Below, in pieces: positions 1 to 19,508 of a stretch of 64,000 nucleotides of DNA (its first letter is position 1; each line of letters opens with the position of its first letter). A program made the position numbers and the translations under genes. Source of the stretch: Amoebidium appalachense (taxonomy: Eukaryota > Protista > Ichthyosporea); the NCBI GenBank assembly GCA_963693365.1, contig CAVNZM010000007.1, positions 2,899,979-2,963,978 on the forward strand, read 5' to 3'. The notes beneath the pieces were generated by a model. The model saw nothing but the letters and a program-made list of their open reading frames with translations. It did not search any database and had not been told where the DNA came from.

Positions 1-655
1 CCCCCCCCCCCCCTCCCCCCTCGGCGTGTTGCCTGCCTGCCTCCATTGTCCACTGTGAATTTGAACTCACGTGGATTCCCATGATGTACCTCATTCTGTC
101 CCCCCCCCCCCTCCCCCCTTCTTCCCCCCTCCCGCGCTCCTGTGGGGTGAGATAGAGGTGGCTACATTATCGAAAAGGCGCATTAACTAATCCACAACAC
201 CCTCTTTCCCCCCTCCCCCAGCTTCCCTCTGCCCGTTACTCAATCCTCTGTCTCCCTCGGCGCTCTACCCCCCCCTCCCCCCCCTCCCCCCCTCCCCCCC
301 TTTTCTGGATTGTTGCCCCCCCGTCAGCCCGTCAACACCTATCCCTCCTCCTCCTCCCTTACCAAAACCACACATTCACTTCTTCCTCCTTGCCAACCCT
401 TCCTCCTTCCCCCCCCCCACCCCCACCCCACCCCCACCCCCCCCCCCGGGAGCCTCGGATAGGCTCTACTTATGACGCCACAGTTTCTATCTCGTGCTTT
501 TGCTTTTTGTTGTTCGCCGTGAATGTGTACTTCGTGCTCCGAGTCTGTAACCCATTCTAATCCCCCCCCCCCCCTCCCCCCCTCACCTCCAATACCTCAC
601 CCGCCCATCCCTCATCTCCGGATCCTCCCATGCACCTGGACCAATTGAATTACCC

Positions 656-700
<45 letters not shown>

Positions 701-704
701 GCAG

Positions 705-1160
705 CAATGTGTTGCACGACTGGGGAAATGCGTGAAAAGGGGGTTCGTGCCGAATGACCCCCCCGGCCCCATCAGCACCTACGAGCAGTATGGCCGGCTG
801 ACCCTAATTTCGACCATTGCCGTGCCGTTCCTCCTAGGGCTGGCATTCATAGCGGACGGAATTAGGCGGAAGTATAAGATCGGAATCAAACGGATACGCG
901 GGAATGCACCCCCACGGTATGAAGCCCCCACCGAAATTAGGAACACGTCAGGTATTGTAGAGCAACCCCCAGACTATATTGCAATTCTCAGACTGGGGGC
1001 AGGGGGTCTTTCGGAAAGTGGCGCAAATTTGGGGTGTGAGGGGAGCACGGAGGGGCCCCAAGACGAAATTTCGGCAGAAAAGGAAAAGAACCCGTGGTTT
1101 GTTACCCCCCTGTTTTGGGTGCGGAAGGAATTTGTCGTTAAGGGTGAAACGTGTGAATAG
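705..1160 (+). CDS. Probable last exon of a single-pass membrane protein with cytoplasmic PPxY motifs; upstream exons not resolved
   Basis: After the acceptor tgcag| at 704 the frame reads QCVARLGKC, then a hydrophobic segment LTLISTIAVPFLLGLAFIA, a basic stop-transfer RRKYK, and APPRYEAP and PPDY. Same layout as the 57716-58927 protein. Confidence 0.55.
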   Translation, partial: QCVARLGKCVKRGFVPNDPPGPISTYEQYGRLTLISTIAVPFLLGLAFIADGIRRKYKIGIKRIRGNAPPRYEAPTEIRNTSGIVEQPPDYIAILRLGAGGLSESGANLGCEGSTEGPQDEISAEKEKNPWFVTPLFWVRKEFVVKGETCE

Positions 1161-1169
1161 TCTTTTTTT

Positions 1170-1212
<43 letters not shown>

Positions 1213-2086
1213 ACGTGTCTGTGTGTGTGTGTGTGTGTGGGTGTGTGTGGGTGTGTGTTTGTGTGGTGGTGGTGGTGGTGGGGGGGGGGGGGGGGAGGGG
1301 GGGGGGGGGGGGGGGGAAGCACAAGGCTGTCCGCGATATCATCAATAGACGTAAGGCATTTTCATATTTACGGCATGGGTACGTGACAGATCCGATTGGC
1401 AATATTGTAGGTGAAAAGGCCACATCTTCGGATTTGGAGGTTTCTTGGATGTACATGTGATGTGTAAAGAATTGATTGGATGAGTCGAGTGGTGGTGATA
1501 CCTACACACGTGTGTGCATATTTTGTAGAGTGCTCAATTCATATTTTTCTTATTGTGGTTATGTACTACTCAGCCTTATCAGTCACATGTACAGTTATGT
1601 TGAAGTATTATGTATTATATGCATCACTGTATATTTATGTATACCGTGTATTCCTGTTTACTCTTGTATAGTCGCAATATTGATGTATGTAAGCCATTAT
1701 GATAGGGAATGTGAGGAATGGCATAGTCACGCTAGCCGTGGGGTAGCATTTATGAAATTGATAATGGCCAAACTAAAGGATGTTTCTCATGAAACCGAAT
1801 ATTGGATACTTGATGTACACCCAATCCCATGGACATTAACATTTAAATTATAATTTTTTTCTAAATTTTAAAGGGGAACTGTGACTGGATTCGCGCTCGT
1901 GAGGCGCCTAATGAGCGTACGGCACAGGGAACCTCAGATCTATGGACACGTACATGTACACAAGCACGTGCCATATTGCGGATAGAGATGTGGTGGTGGT
2001 GGTGGTGTGTGTGTGAACGCGCGCGCGCCTGTGCTTGTGTGTGTGTGTGTGCACATGCAGGTACATGTGAATATGTGCCTGCACTT

Positions 2087-2157
<71 letters not shown>

Positions 2158-2314
2158 TTCCCAGGTGCGTGCAAGTGTGCCTGTGCTTGTTCGTGTGGGC
2201 GTGCACTGTGGGTGTGGACGTTGGTATAAGTTATGGGCGCTGTGTATGCCTTTGTGTGTGTCATGCAGTGTGTGCATATGCGTGGTGTGTGTTGGCGGTG
2301 GGGGGGGGGGGGGG

Positions 2315-3116
2315 TTTTGAATGCGTCAAAAAGTACGAAGTACACAAGAACAAACGGATAACACGATGCAGAATGCAAGCCATACATAAAGAGTATGCAT
2401 AATAAGCAGAGCCCATCCTCAGGGGGGGCCCACGTCATCCACAGTACCCGAGTTTCGACCTATTCCCCTCGTTAACGAAACCCAACTCAGATACTGTTTC
2501 ACTTGAACATGAGTAGGTCACCCGTCTTGATCAGAGACGAGCAGGGTTGCTTATGCAGGCAAGGGCAGTGGGAAAGGCCGGGGGTTAAAGTTGCAGCAGT
2601 AAGCAGAAGCAAGAAAAATATAGATAGGAACTCAGGAGACGGGGCTTCTAGGAAGCTCCCCCGTCGATACCTAAGTCGATACTTCCCTGGCTAACATACT
2701 ACACCAGCTGAAAAGAATTAAGTCCCGAAGGCCACAGAATTCGTAATCAGAGGGGAAAATATGAGATTTGACCCACGCCGCAGGGTAGTAACACGCTTAC
2801 TAGGGCGGAACTTTATCGTCTTCGAACGGAAAGCTATGCCCCCGGATGTCAGCCGGAAATATGGTATCACCCATTGCTTTGGGCTTGAAAAAAGCCAAAC
2901 CGATAGTCCGAGTTATGTTACGCCGGCGGGTAACATGCCGCATGGGTTCCAAGGGAGCTGTCGCCAACAGAGCGGTGTGTGCATGCGTGCGCGTAACGCA
3001 ATGTGTGAAGTGTGTCTATAGCTATGAAAGGGGGTATGCAGAAGTGGACAGATGAAGTGTGTGGAGAGAAAAACAGTAAGAAGAAAAGTAGACACCGGTA
3101 TGTGCAACCCCGCACA

Positions 3117-3151
<35 letters not shown>

Positions 3152-3212
3152 AATAAGCGAAGATTACAGGTAATCAACCAGAACAACAAATGACAAGCAA
3201 AACAACAGGCGC

Positions 3213-3213
<1 letters not shown>
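2315..3213 (-). mobile_element. Long copy (subfamily A) of a non-coding, (C)n-associated retroelement-like repeat
   Basis: Near-identical to 16957-17824 over ~870 bp. Its minus-strand end ...GCATTCAA abuts a C-run, and the same end recurs in shorter copies. Confidence 0.8.
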
Positions 3214-3245
<32 letters not shown>

Positions 3246-3248
3246 AGG

Positions 3249-3346
<98 letters not shown>

Positions 3347-3416
3347 GGAGAGAGAGAGAGAGAGAAGGTGGGGGGGGGGGGGGGGGGAGGGGGAGGGGGA
3401 GGGGGGGGGAGGGGGG

Positions 3417-3690
3417 TCTTAGGGATGCTGCAGAATCGTCAGATATTAGACAAATCGTACCAATACGATCATTCTCTCATATATGTGAGAAGATTGTGAC
3501 TAACGATGTGCAGATCTGGTTAAGACCTGTTGGGTGTGCAGAGAAAATGGGAGGGGAAGGAGGAGGGAAAGGGGGAGGGGGGGGGGGGAAGTAAGAGAGG
3601 GGAGGGAATGTTAGAGTGTCAGTAGTCTCAGGGGACCCTGCAGAGTCGTTAGATGTCAGACAAAAACGCACCAACGACCAAGTTCTCCGA
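3417..3690 (-). repeat. Dispersed repeat E made of two related ~65-bp modules, flanked by G-runs
   Basis: Near-identical to 18668-18927. The modules tcttagggatgctgcagaatcgtcagatattagac and tctcaggggaccctgcagagtcgttagatgtcagac are homologous to each other. Confidence 0.75.
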
Positions 3691-4236
3691 GGGGAGAAAT
3701 GCGTAAAACGTTCGGGGGGGGGGGGGAACCAAGACAAAGGGGAAGCTTTGACTACAATACTAATGCACACAGGCACGTTGAACCGCTATTTTGTTCCATT
3801 CCATCTTTATGCTTACTAACTGATAATGCTGTACGTACATGTAACACATAAACACTTTCGCACATCAGCCTGACCCGATCACTAGCTACTCAATTCACCT
3901 GCTACAAATACAAAAAATACCAGGCCTCTTATTTGCAATCGTTCCAAACCATACTTCACTTGCTTATGCAGTCATACATACATACCGTAATAATGATATA
4001 CTTCACTATACACATTTTATTTTTCGCTCTTTATGTCGAAATGAATCGTTATGAAGCTGTTAGATATCACAACTGCACCTCCCATTGACGCTACCCGGCG
4101 TCGCAACCAGAAATCAGAACTGAAAAAACCCCAAGAAAACAGAAAAAACCTACGAGGTTGAGAGATTCTTCGGGCACGGCCATAATTGGGCAACACTGCA
4201 GACAAAAAGAACCTCAGTGTCATGCGTGTGCGCTTC

Positions 4237-4467
<231 letters not shown>

Positions 4468-4635
4468 ACATGTGCGAGTGTTTGGGTAATAACTTAGCTG
4501 TGTGTGCGCCAAACACACGTGTGTGTCGTGCAAAGCTTTACACACTCCAACCAGGGGACACTACATGCCTGCGGTTGAACATATATGCACACCACACATG
4601 CACGTATACCAAATTAGGCTATTTTCCAGGGCACG

Positions 4636-12150
<7,515 letters not shown>

Positions 12151-12625
12151 GTTTGACGAGCCTTTTGTATAGCTTTTCTATTATGAGTTATTTTGTGAGC
12201 TAGTGTAGGCCCTTTTTTGCTGGACGTTAACAGCAAAACACAGGTCCCAATTCTTCCTCGTGGAAACTAGGAAAGTGGTACCTCTATTTCATCCAGCTCT
12301 GTGATCATCAATGCATCCGTCACCATGTACGATTTTTATTTAATATTTGCTATGTCACTCACGCCGTTTAAGTGTATCACATCACTCAACATTAAAGATA
12401 GTTACATGACCTGGTAGGTAAGTTATTAGGCTAGGGAAGGGTGTTAACAAGGAAGCCACAAGTGCTAGGGAAGGGTGTTAACAAGAAAGCCACAAGTACA
12501 TGGCTTCTCGTGCCGCAATAGCACTATGTACCTCCGAGATGTTGCTATGCTTGTAACTTCCTCGTCACAGTGACAACTAAATCCCTACTTCGAACACGTT
12601 AAAATTTCTTGCTCTCTCTCTGGTC

Positions 12626-12678
<53 letters not shown>

Positions 12679-12680
12679 CC

Positions 12681-12712
<32 letters not shown>

Positions 12713-13020
12713 CCGCCCTCATTCCAGAGATTAAGTTGCTCACTCATATTCGTCTCCCCTGATCGCCAAGCGCTTGGCCCTCACTTTGGCCCTTCTGTTT
12801 AATCTAACATTAGCCTCTATTTCACTTCACCATCTCTATATTTAGCTTTATGGGTTTGCGCAATATCTCCATAGATCATGGCAGCATCGTGGCAGTGAGC
12901 CACACACGTGCCTACCCGCCTGCCCCTTCGTAAAAGGCGGACACATGCTCCTCCTCTCTTCAGTTTCGTGTTCAAGCCTTGGGTCACCTTCTGGAAATTA
13001 TATCTAACAGATCTTCAAAA

Positions 13021-15050
13021 ATGTCTGCTCCCACCTACCGCCTCTTCGTTGCTGGTCTCCCCTGGGCCCTGCGCAGTGGTGAGTTATGCCTTTACACTAC
13101 CCAAGATGCGAGAGAGAAATGCCACGCATTTTGCCAGCTTTGGAGCAAAACAGATCTGACAGGAAGATTGATTGTTCTATGTTCAGCATGTGCTACAGGA
13201 CATTTTTGGGTGTGGGGGAAGAGGGAGGGGGGTGGGAGGGGTGTTCTTCTTGTGAGTTTTGTTGATTGACGTCTTCTCAATCCCAACTCTTTCTGCCTTT
13301 CAAGCCTGCTTTTCTTGGTGTTCCTATTTGCTAAGCAGCTCGGAACTGGACACTGCTGGGCTGTCGAAAAGGATTTGTGAGTGTGGGTTGTTGGTCAGTT
13401 TTCTTGCTTGCTTTGCGAATGTACCGTTCCTCACCTGTCAGCTCGCTCTTTTCCTGCATCCCTCTTCCATTCGCTTTGTTTCCCCTGCGAGCTGGCTAGT
13501 TTCGGATATAACTGGGTCCTTGGAAATGCTTGCATGAAATTCCCGTTTGCCCCCCCCCCCCCGCCCCTCCTCCCCCCCCCCCCCAAACACACCCACACAC
13601 ATTCCCCCCAACATACCCCGCCTAGCCGCCCGCACATCTACCCCCCGTTGCTTCTTAACGTGGGGTTTCTGGAACCAGAGGCTAACATGAACCGAATCAT
13701 CCAGATGGTCTGCGCTCTGCGTTTGCCAAGTTCGGCCCCGTCGCTGAGTCCTACGTCGTGATGGACAAGGGTGCCCTCAACAGGTCGCGTGGGTTTGGCT
13801 TTGTTACGTTTGAGGAGAGGGAGGCAATGGAGAAGGCTCTGACTGAGGCTGGCAACTTCGAGATTGAGGGCCGCAAGGTACTGAATTGTGCTTTGGCGTT
13901 TCTGTTGCTCTCTTGCTTGGTGCTGTGTCCTCTACCTCATCCCCTCCCTCCCCCGCCCACCTGTCTCCACTCATCCAGCCTTTACGGGTGCACACACACA
14001 CACACACCACCAGCACCAGTTGCACCTATCCGGTTCTTGTCTCATATCCTCGTCTTGTCGATCTTTGTTCTACCTCTGTGCATGTGAGCGTTTTCCGTGT
14101 CTCCTGTTGGCCACTCTATTCTATACACACTATGCTGGAAAGTTGCATGCATGTAGCTGCCTGTGTGAATGCATCACCATTGCGCTTGGCAGGTGCTCTG
14201 TGCAGTAACACGTCCCCCCCCCCCCTCCCCCCCGCTTCCACCCCTCTCTTCATACACGTGTTTTCTGTGAATGAGGTAGCTGGCTTTCCGTGAAATGTGT
14301 CAGTGGTGGCTTTTTTTTGTGGGGTGCACCATGCTCTTTGCTGTGTCTTTGTTATCTGTATGTAAACGGCACTTTGCACCCACGTGTCTTCTCCTGCCAA
14401 ACACATGCGTACATGGGACACACACACTTCAGCAATGCCGTGACGGGGTGGTTTGTGTTTTTTTTTTTTGACCGTGTATGCGCCCACCCCACCTGTGAAT
14501 GTACTTTTTTCTTCTGTCTCTCGCGTACGCTCAAACCCTTCTCCCCTCCTGTCTCCCGTGTGTGTTCTCTTTGGCACAATCTGTAGGAGTACACGGCACC
14601 TGTTTTAAATATGTACTTCGTACTCTTTTAACTCCCCCCACCCACCCACCACTCCCCCCCTTATCCCTTTTTCTGTTTTGTTTCAGGACGAGAATGTGTA
14701 TGAATGTTTTTCAACGAAGACTCAGGCTTTCCTTCGTACCTACACTTTGTTTGGGTGTTGATGAGCCGAAAGCCTTTGTTTGCAATAGTTGGTGCTTGTT
14801 CAAACGAATTCGATGTATCGTTTTGTTCACTCTCTTGTTCTGACCTTTTACTTACGACACACCACTATTCCCCCTCTCCGTATGCACCCAATGACAAACT
14901 CCACACACACACACACACGTACAGATCGTCATGAACGAGGCCCGCGCGGACAATCGGCCACCCCGTGAGCCCCGCTCCCCCCGCACTTTCCGTGACAACG
15001 ACCGTGGTGATCGCCGCAGGGGTAACTTCAACAGGGATGAGGATTTCTAA
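13021..15050 (+). CDS. Small single-RRM RNA-binding protein (CIRBP/RBM3/glycine-rich RBP-like), 3 exons
   Basis: Exons 13021-13078, 13705-13877 and 14925-15050. RNP2 LFVAGL, RNP1 RSRGFGFVTF, IEGRKIVMNEA, and an Arg/Asp-rich tail. Confidence 0.92.
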
Positions 15051-16956
15051 ATTCCCGAATGAACCTAGTCAATCAGTTACTGTAATTTGAAGGCGGGGGG
15101 GTCCTTTCTGAAATTTCCGGTTGGGTTTAAGCACCTTTCGCGCGACACATAGCTGTAATGATGATCCGGAGTCGGCATGGCTTTTGTGTTTTGGTGTTTT
15201 GTGTTATTCTTTAGTGCACCGATATTTGTTTTTTGTTTTACCCTCATGGCGTGTGTATGCACGAAGCAGGCACGGTTTCTTACTATGTCAATCGCACGTC
15301 TACTCATGTAAATTTATCTCTAGTTATGTTTTTGGGTTACCCTTATATAAGACAAGCAAGGAAGCATGCGGCACGAAGGTGTAGTCCGAAAAACAATTAT
15401 TTCCAGTTTGCTCACAACGTGTATGGCCGTGCTATCATTGCTGAAGTTTCGCTAGCGTGGAAGAATGTTGGTGAACATGGCAGATTGGGCATTACTGAGT
15501 AAAGTCATTCCACTGTTGCAACGGCTGTAGCTAATAATCACAATGGTTCAACTTGGTGATTGTGGAAACTTGTAAAGTTTCCACAATCACCAACTAACCA
15601 CCCGCCCCCCCCCCCCCCCTCCCCAACACACACACGTGCACGTGTCACACAAAAAAAAACCGTGCACACACTCAAACAAAAAAATCAACCCGATACTGCA
15701 GCTGCGAACATGTACACGTAATGCATGTGCAAAATCACTGGAAGTACCCATCCGCATATATGCTTTCGTCATGAATTCCTCACTCGGCTAATCATGTACT
15801 TAACAGGCTGCCACGTGCACCAGAGTGCATAATTACACGTGTACATTTGTATGTGCATGAAATATTTTGGCATGTAGATGTCATGCAGCACAGTGCAGAC
15901 GTTGTCACACACATGCACGCACGCACGTACACATACACTCGGACACACAAACTTACGAGCCAAAACATAATCACAATCGCCCAGTTTACGCAAACAATAA
16001 TGGGTGTTCTACGTTCGAACGAACGGTACCGTACTGTACCGACGAAGGGATGAGTCCTTCCCAGTCCGGACATACACAATTTTTGTAAAAGTCGCCGTGA
16101 ATATACATACATTCACGAATGACATAGTATGTAAAAGGTGCCACGTACAGTACACCGTATGTGTACACGTGGCTATATATAGCTAGTGTGCGTATACGCC
16201 AACGCACCCGGACCCGTTTACTCGGGACCACTTACTCCCAAAGGCTGCCGGCGTATGAGCATGCATATGCATGCAACAGATCGTCGCTCTAGCTCATCAT
16301 GCCACGTGCCGAGCTTGCTATGTTGAACAGGGCACTTATCCTTCATTCTAGATCAGCTGCAGTATACGTATTACTAATACATGACTGCATGATGCTTCAT
16401 ACTGCAGCGAAGGATATGACACATATAACGTACGAGTGAACCGTTGTTCGTTGCATATCACAATGAAGGGCATTTGTGACGCGTTGACAAGTGATTCATG
16501 GCCAGCATCGTGCGCACCCGTCCATACTTTGATGCACTGCCCCCCCCCCCCCCCCCCCCTGTGGCACTGCTTGCTTGCTCACAACACACGTACGCATCCG
16601 CCCACGTAAAAACACATAGTAATTACATAAACCAGTACACAAGTGCCACAATTGCACGCGAACACAACAACAAAGTCACATTTGAAGGCACGCCTTGCAC
16701 AATTTTCATGCACATTCAACAGTAACAATCCACAAAACACACCACCCAATGGCATGCCGCAAATAAACCTCAGAACGGGTTTATTCCACAGGCACCAACC
16801 AACACCGCCCCCCCACCCATCCACAAGACCAATTATACTGCAAATGCAGCCGAAAGAGAAAGAGAAAAACGAGGGGAAAACACCGGACACCTTACAGACA
16901 AGAACATTTTTATCTCTAGCGGAGGAGGAAAGAAGGGGGGGGGGGGGGGGGGGGGG

Positions 16957-17824
16957 TTTGAATGCGTCAAAAAGTACGAAGTACACAAGAACAAACGGAT
17001 AACACGATGCAGAATGCAAGCCATACATAAAGAGTATGCATAATATGCAGAGCCCATCCTCAGGGGGGGCCCACGTCATCCCGAGTTTCGACCTATTCAC
17101 CTCGTTAACGAAACCCAACTCAGATACTGTTTCACTTGAACATGGGTAGGCCACCACCCGTCTTGATCAGAGACGAGCAGGGTTGCTTATGCAGGCAAGG
17201 GCAGTGGGAAAGGCCGGGCAGCAGTAAGCAGAAGCAAGAAAAATATAGATAGGAACTCAGGAGACGGGGCTTCTAGGAAGCTTTCCCGTCGCTACCTAAG
17301 TCGATACTTCCCCGGCTAACATACTACACCAGCTGAAAAGAATTAAGTCCCGAAGGCCGCAGAATTCGCAATCAGAGGGGAAAATATGAGATTTGACCCA
17401 CGCCGCAGGGTAGTAACACGCTTACTAGGGCGGAACTTTAACGTCTTCGAACGGAAAGCTATGCCCCCGGATGTCAGCCGGAAATATGGTATCACCCATT
17501 GCTTTGTGCTTGAAAAAAGCCAAATCGATAGTCCGAGTTATGTTACGCCGGCGGGTAACATGCCGCATGGGTTCCAAGGGAGCTGTCGCCAACAGAGCGG
17601 TGTGTGCATGCGTGTGCGTAACGCAATGTGTGAAGTGTGTCTATAGCTATGAGAGGGGGTATGCAGAAGTGGACAGATGAAGTGTGTGGAGATAAAAACA
17701 GTAGGAAGAAACGTAGACACCAGTGTGAGCAACCCCGCACAGCATACATACACACACACATAAATAAGCGAAGAGTACAGGTAATCAACCAGAACAACAA
17801 ATGACAAGCAAAACAACAGGCGCC
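16957..17824 (-). mobile_element. Second long subfamily A copy
   Basis: Matches 2315-3213 with scattered substitutions and short indels. Preceded by a G-run. Confidence 0.8.
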
Positions 17825-17900
17825 AAAGAAAAGAAAAGAAAAAGAAAAGAAAAAAAAAGAAAAAAAGAAAGAGAGAGAGAGAGAAAAGAGGGGGGGGGGG

Positions 17901-18440
17901 TTGAATGCGGAACACGTGCGGAACACGGTACGAAGTACGCATACACGAAGGACACATGCAAAGGCAAACATTCAAGTAAGCAACATCAGCCATGCGCACA
18001 GTATGCGTCATAAGCAGAGCCCATCCTCAGGAAGGGCCCAAGTCATCAATTGCGTCTGAGTTTCGACCCCTTAGCCCGCGTATATACGACTCTCCAACTC
18101 AGACAGCAGCATCAACTGAACTTGGGAGGGTCAACCCGTCTTGATCAAAGACGAGCAGGGTTGCTTATGCAAGCAAGGTGAGCAAAACGGTGAATATGTG
18201 TGTGCAAACTAATGCAGTGCAGCGGAAAATGCGTATGTGCTTACAGATGCACGACACAGAGCAACCATTCCCGGTTGCATGGAAGTAAAGCGGTCTCCAC
18301 ACAGTGGTCTGTCCTGAAAGGACACCTCTGAAAGACGACTGGGGGGGTTTGAATGCGGAACATGGTACGAAGTACGCATACACGAAGGACACATGCAAAG
18401 GCAAACATTCAAGTATGCAACATCAGCCATGCGCACAGTA
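17901..18440 (-). mobile_element. Subfamily B element (17901-18340) with a head-to-tail truncated second copy (18348-18440), separated by G7
   Basis: Both start ttgaatgcggaaca after G-runs. 18010-18178 is homologous to 2400-2563. Confidence 0.8.
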
Positions 18441-18667
18441 TACTATGTTAATAGTATGTTAGAAATAGAATTGAATCATTCAATATTAGGAAAGAGAAAT
18501 GATGTACATAGGAATAGTGATGATACCATTAATAGTGATGATACCATTAATAAGTATGGAATCTAAGGCGCTTAAAAGGTGTTTGTATAGGAATTTGGTA
18601 AGCTTCATTGGTTCTAGGAATAGAAGCGTTATTACGAAGTAGCGTATCTCCAAGGGGGGGGGGGGGG

Positions 18668-18927
18668 TCTTAGGGATGCTGCAGAATCGTCAGATATTAG
18701 ACTAATCGTACCAATACGATCATTCTCTCATATATGAGAACAGATTGTGACTAACGATGTGCAGAGCTGGTTAAGACCTGTTGAGTGTGCAGAGAAAATG
18801 GGAGGGGAAGCAGGAGGGGAAGGGGGTGAAGTAAGAGAGGGGAGGGAATGTTAGTGTCAGTAGTCTCAGGGGACCCTGCAGAGTCGTTAGATATCAGACA
18901 AAAACGAACCAACGACCAAGTTCTCCA
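18668..18927 (-). repeat. Second copy of repeat E
   Basis: Near-identical to 3417-3690. Confidence 0.75.
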
Positions 18928-18935
18928 AGGGGAGG

Positions 18936-18969
<34 letters not shown>

Positions 18970-19032
18970 GAACCCCGGACACAGACTGACACGAGCGAAT
19001 TTCATCAGACCAGGTCAATGGCCGATTTAATT

Positions 19033-19296
19033 TTACTCGGCGGCGGGGAACTCGAAGGTGACGTCCTTGCCGGTCAGTTGCCTGTAGACAGAGCGGAAGG
19101 TGTCAGTCTTGTACTCGATGTTGGCCTTGTCCTTGCTGTCCAGGTGCCTGTGGGGGGGAAAAAAAACATCGTTAGATTAAATGACATTTTTGTTTTGCCA
19201 TTATTGTTGCTGTCGTTGTTATTGTTATTACAATTTTGCTTTTTTGGTGTGTGTGTGTGTGTGTGCTTGTTTTGTTTTTTTCCTGTGTGTGTGTGT

Positions 19297-19335
<39 letters not shown>

Positions 19336-19474
19336 GAATGCGGAACACGGCATGAAGTACGCATACACGAAGGACACATGCAAAGGCAAACATTCAAGTA
19401 AGCAACATCAGCCATGCGCACAGTATGCTCATAAGCAGAGCCCATCCTCAGGGAGGGCCCAAGTCATCAATGGG

Positions 19475-19508
<34 letters not shown>

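Noticed and set aside
1318-1460. Short non-repetitive frame HKAVRDIINRRKAF...
   Set aside because: No clear acceptor, start or homology.
2315-2330. IS200/IS605 or Fanzor-type right end (TTCAA) with an omega-RNA
   Set aside because: No TnpB/Fanzor or transposase ORF is present, and one-sided truncation fits retrotransposition better.
2410-2460. Canonical hammerhead ribozyme from CGAAAC and CTGAGGA on the minus strand
   Set aside because: Stems I-III cannot be formed in any permutation I tried. The nucleotides are better explained by the alternative covarying fold.
2761-3021. 86-aa ORF conserved in both long A copies
   Set aside because: The copies are nearly identical, so conservation is uninformative. 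There is no recognisable domain and the ORF is antisense to the inferred element strand.
4017-4092. Alternative NUDT5 last exon (ASMGGAVV...)
   Set aside because: The exon at 4721-4636 gives the family-typical GYALDARL ending.
12430-12497. Short direct duplications (34 bp here; also 49628-49696 and 61556-61603)
   Set aside because: Ordinary slippage-type duplications with no further signal.
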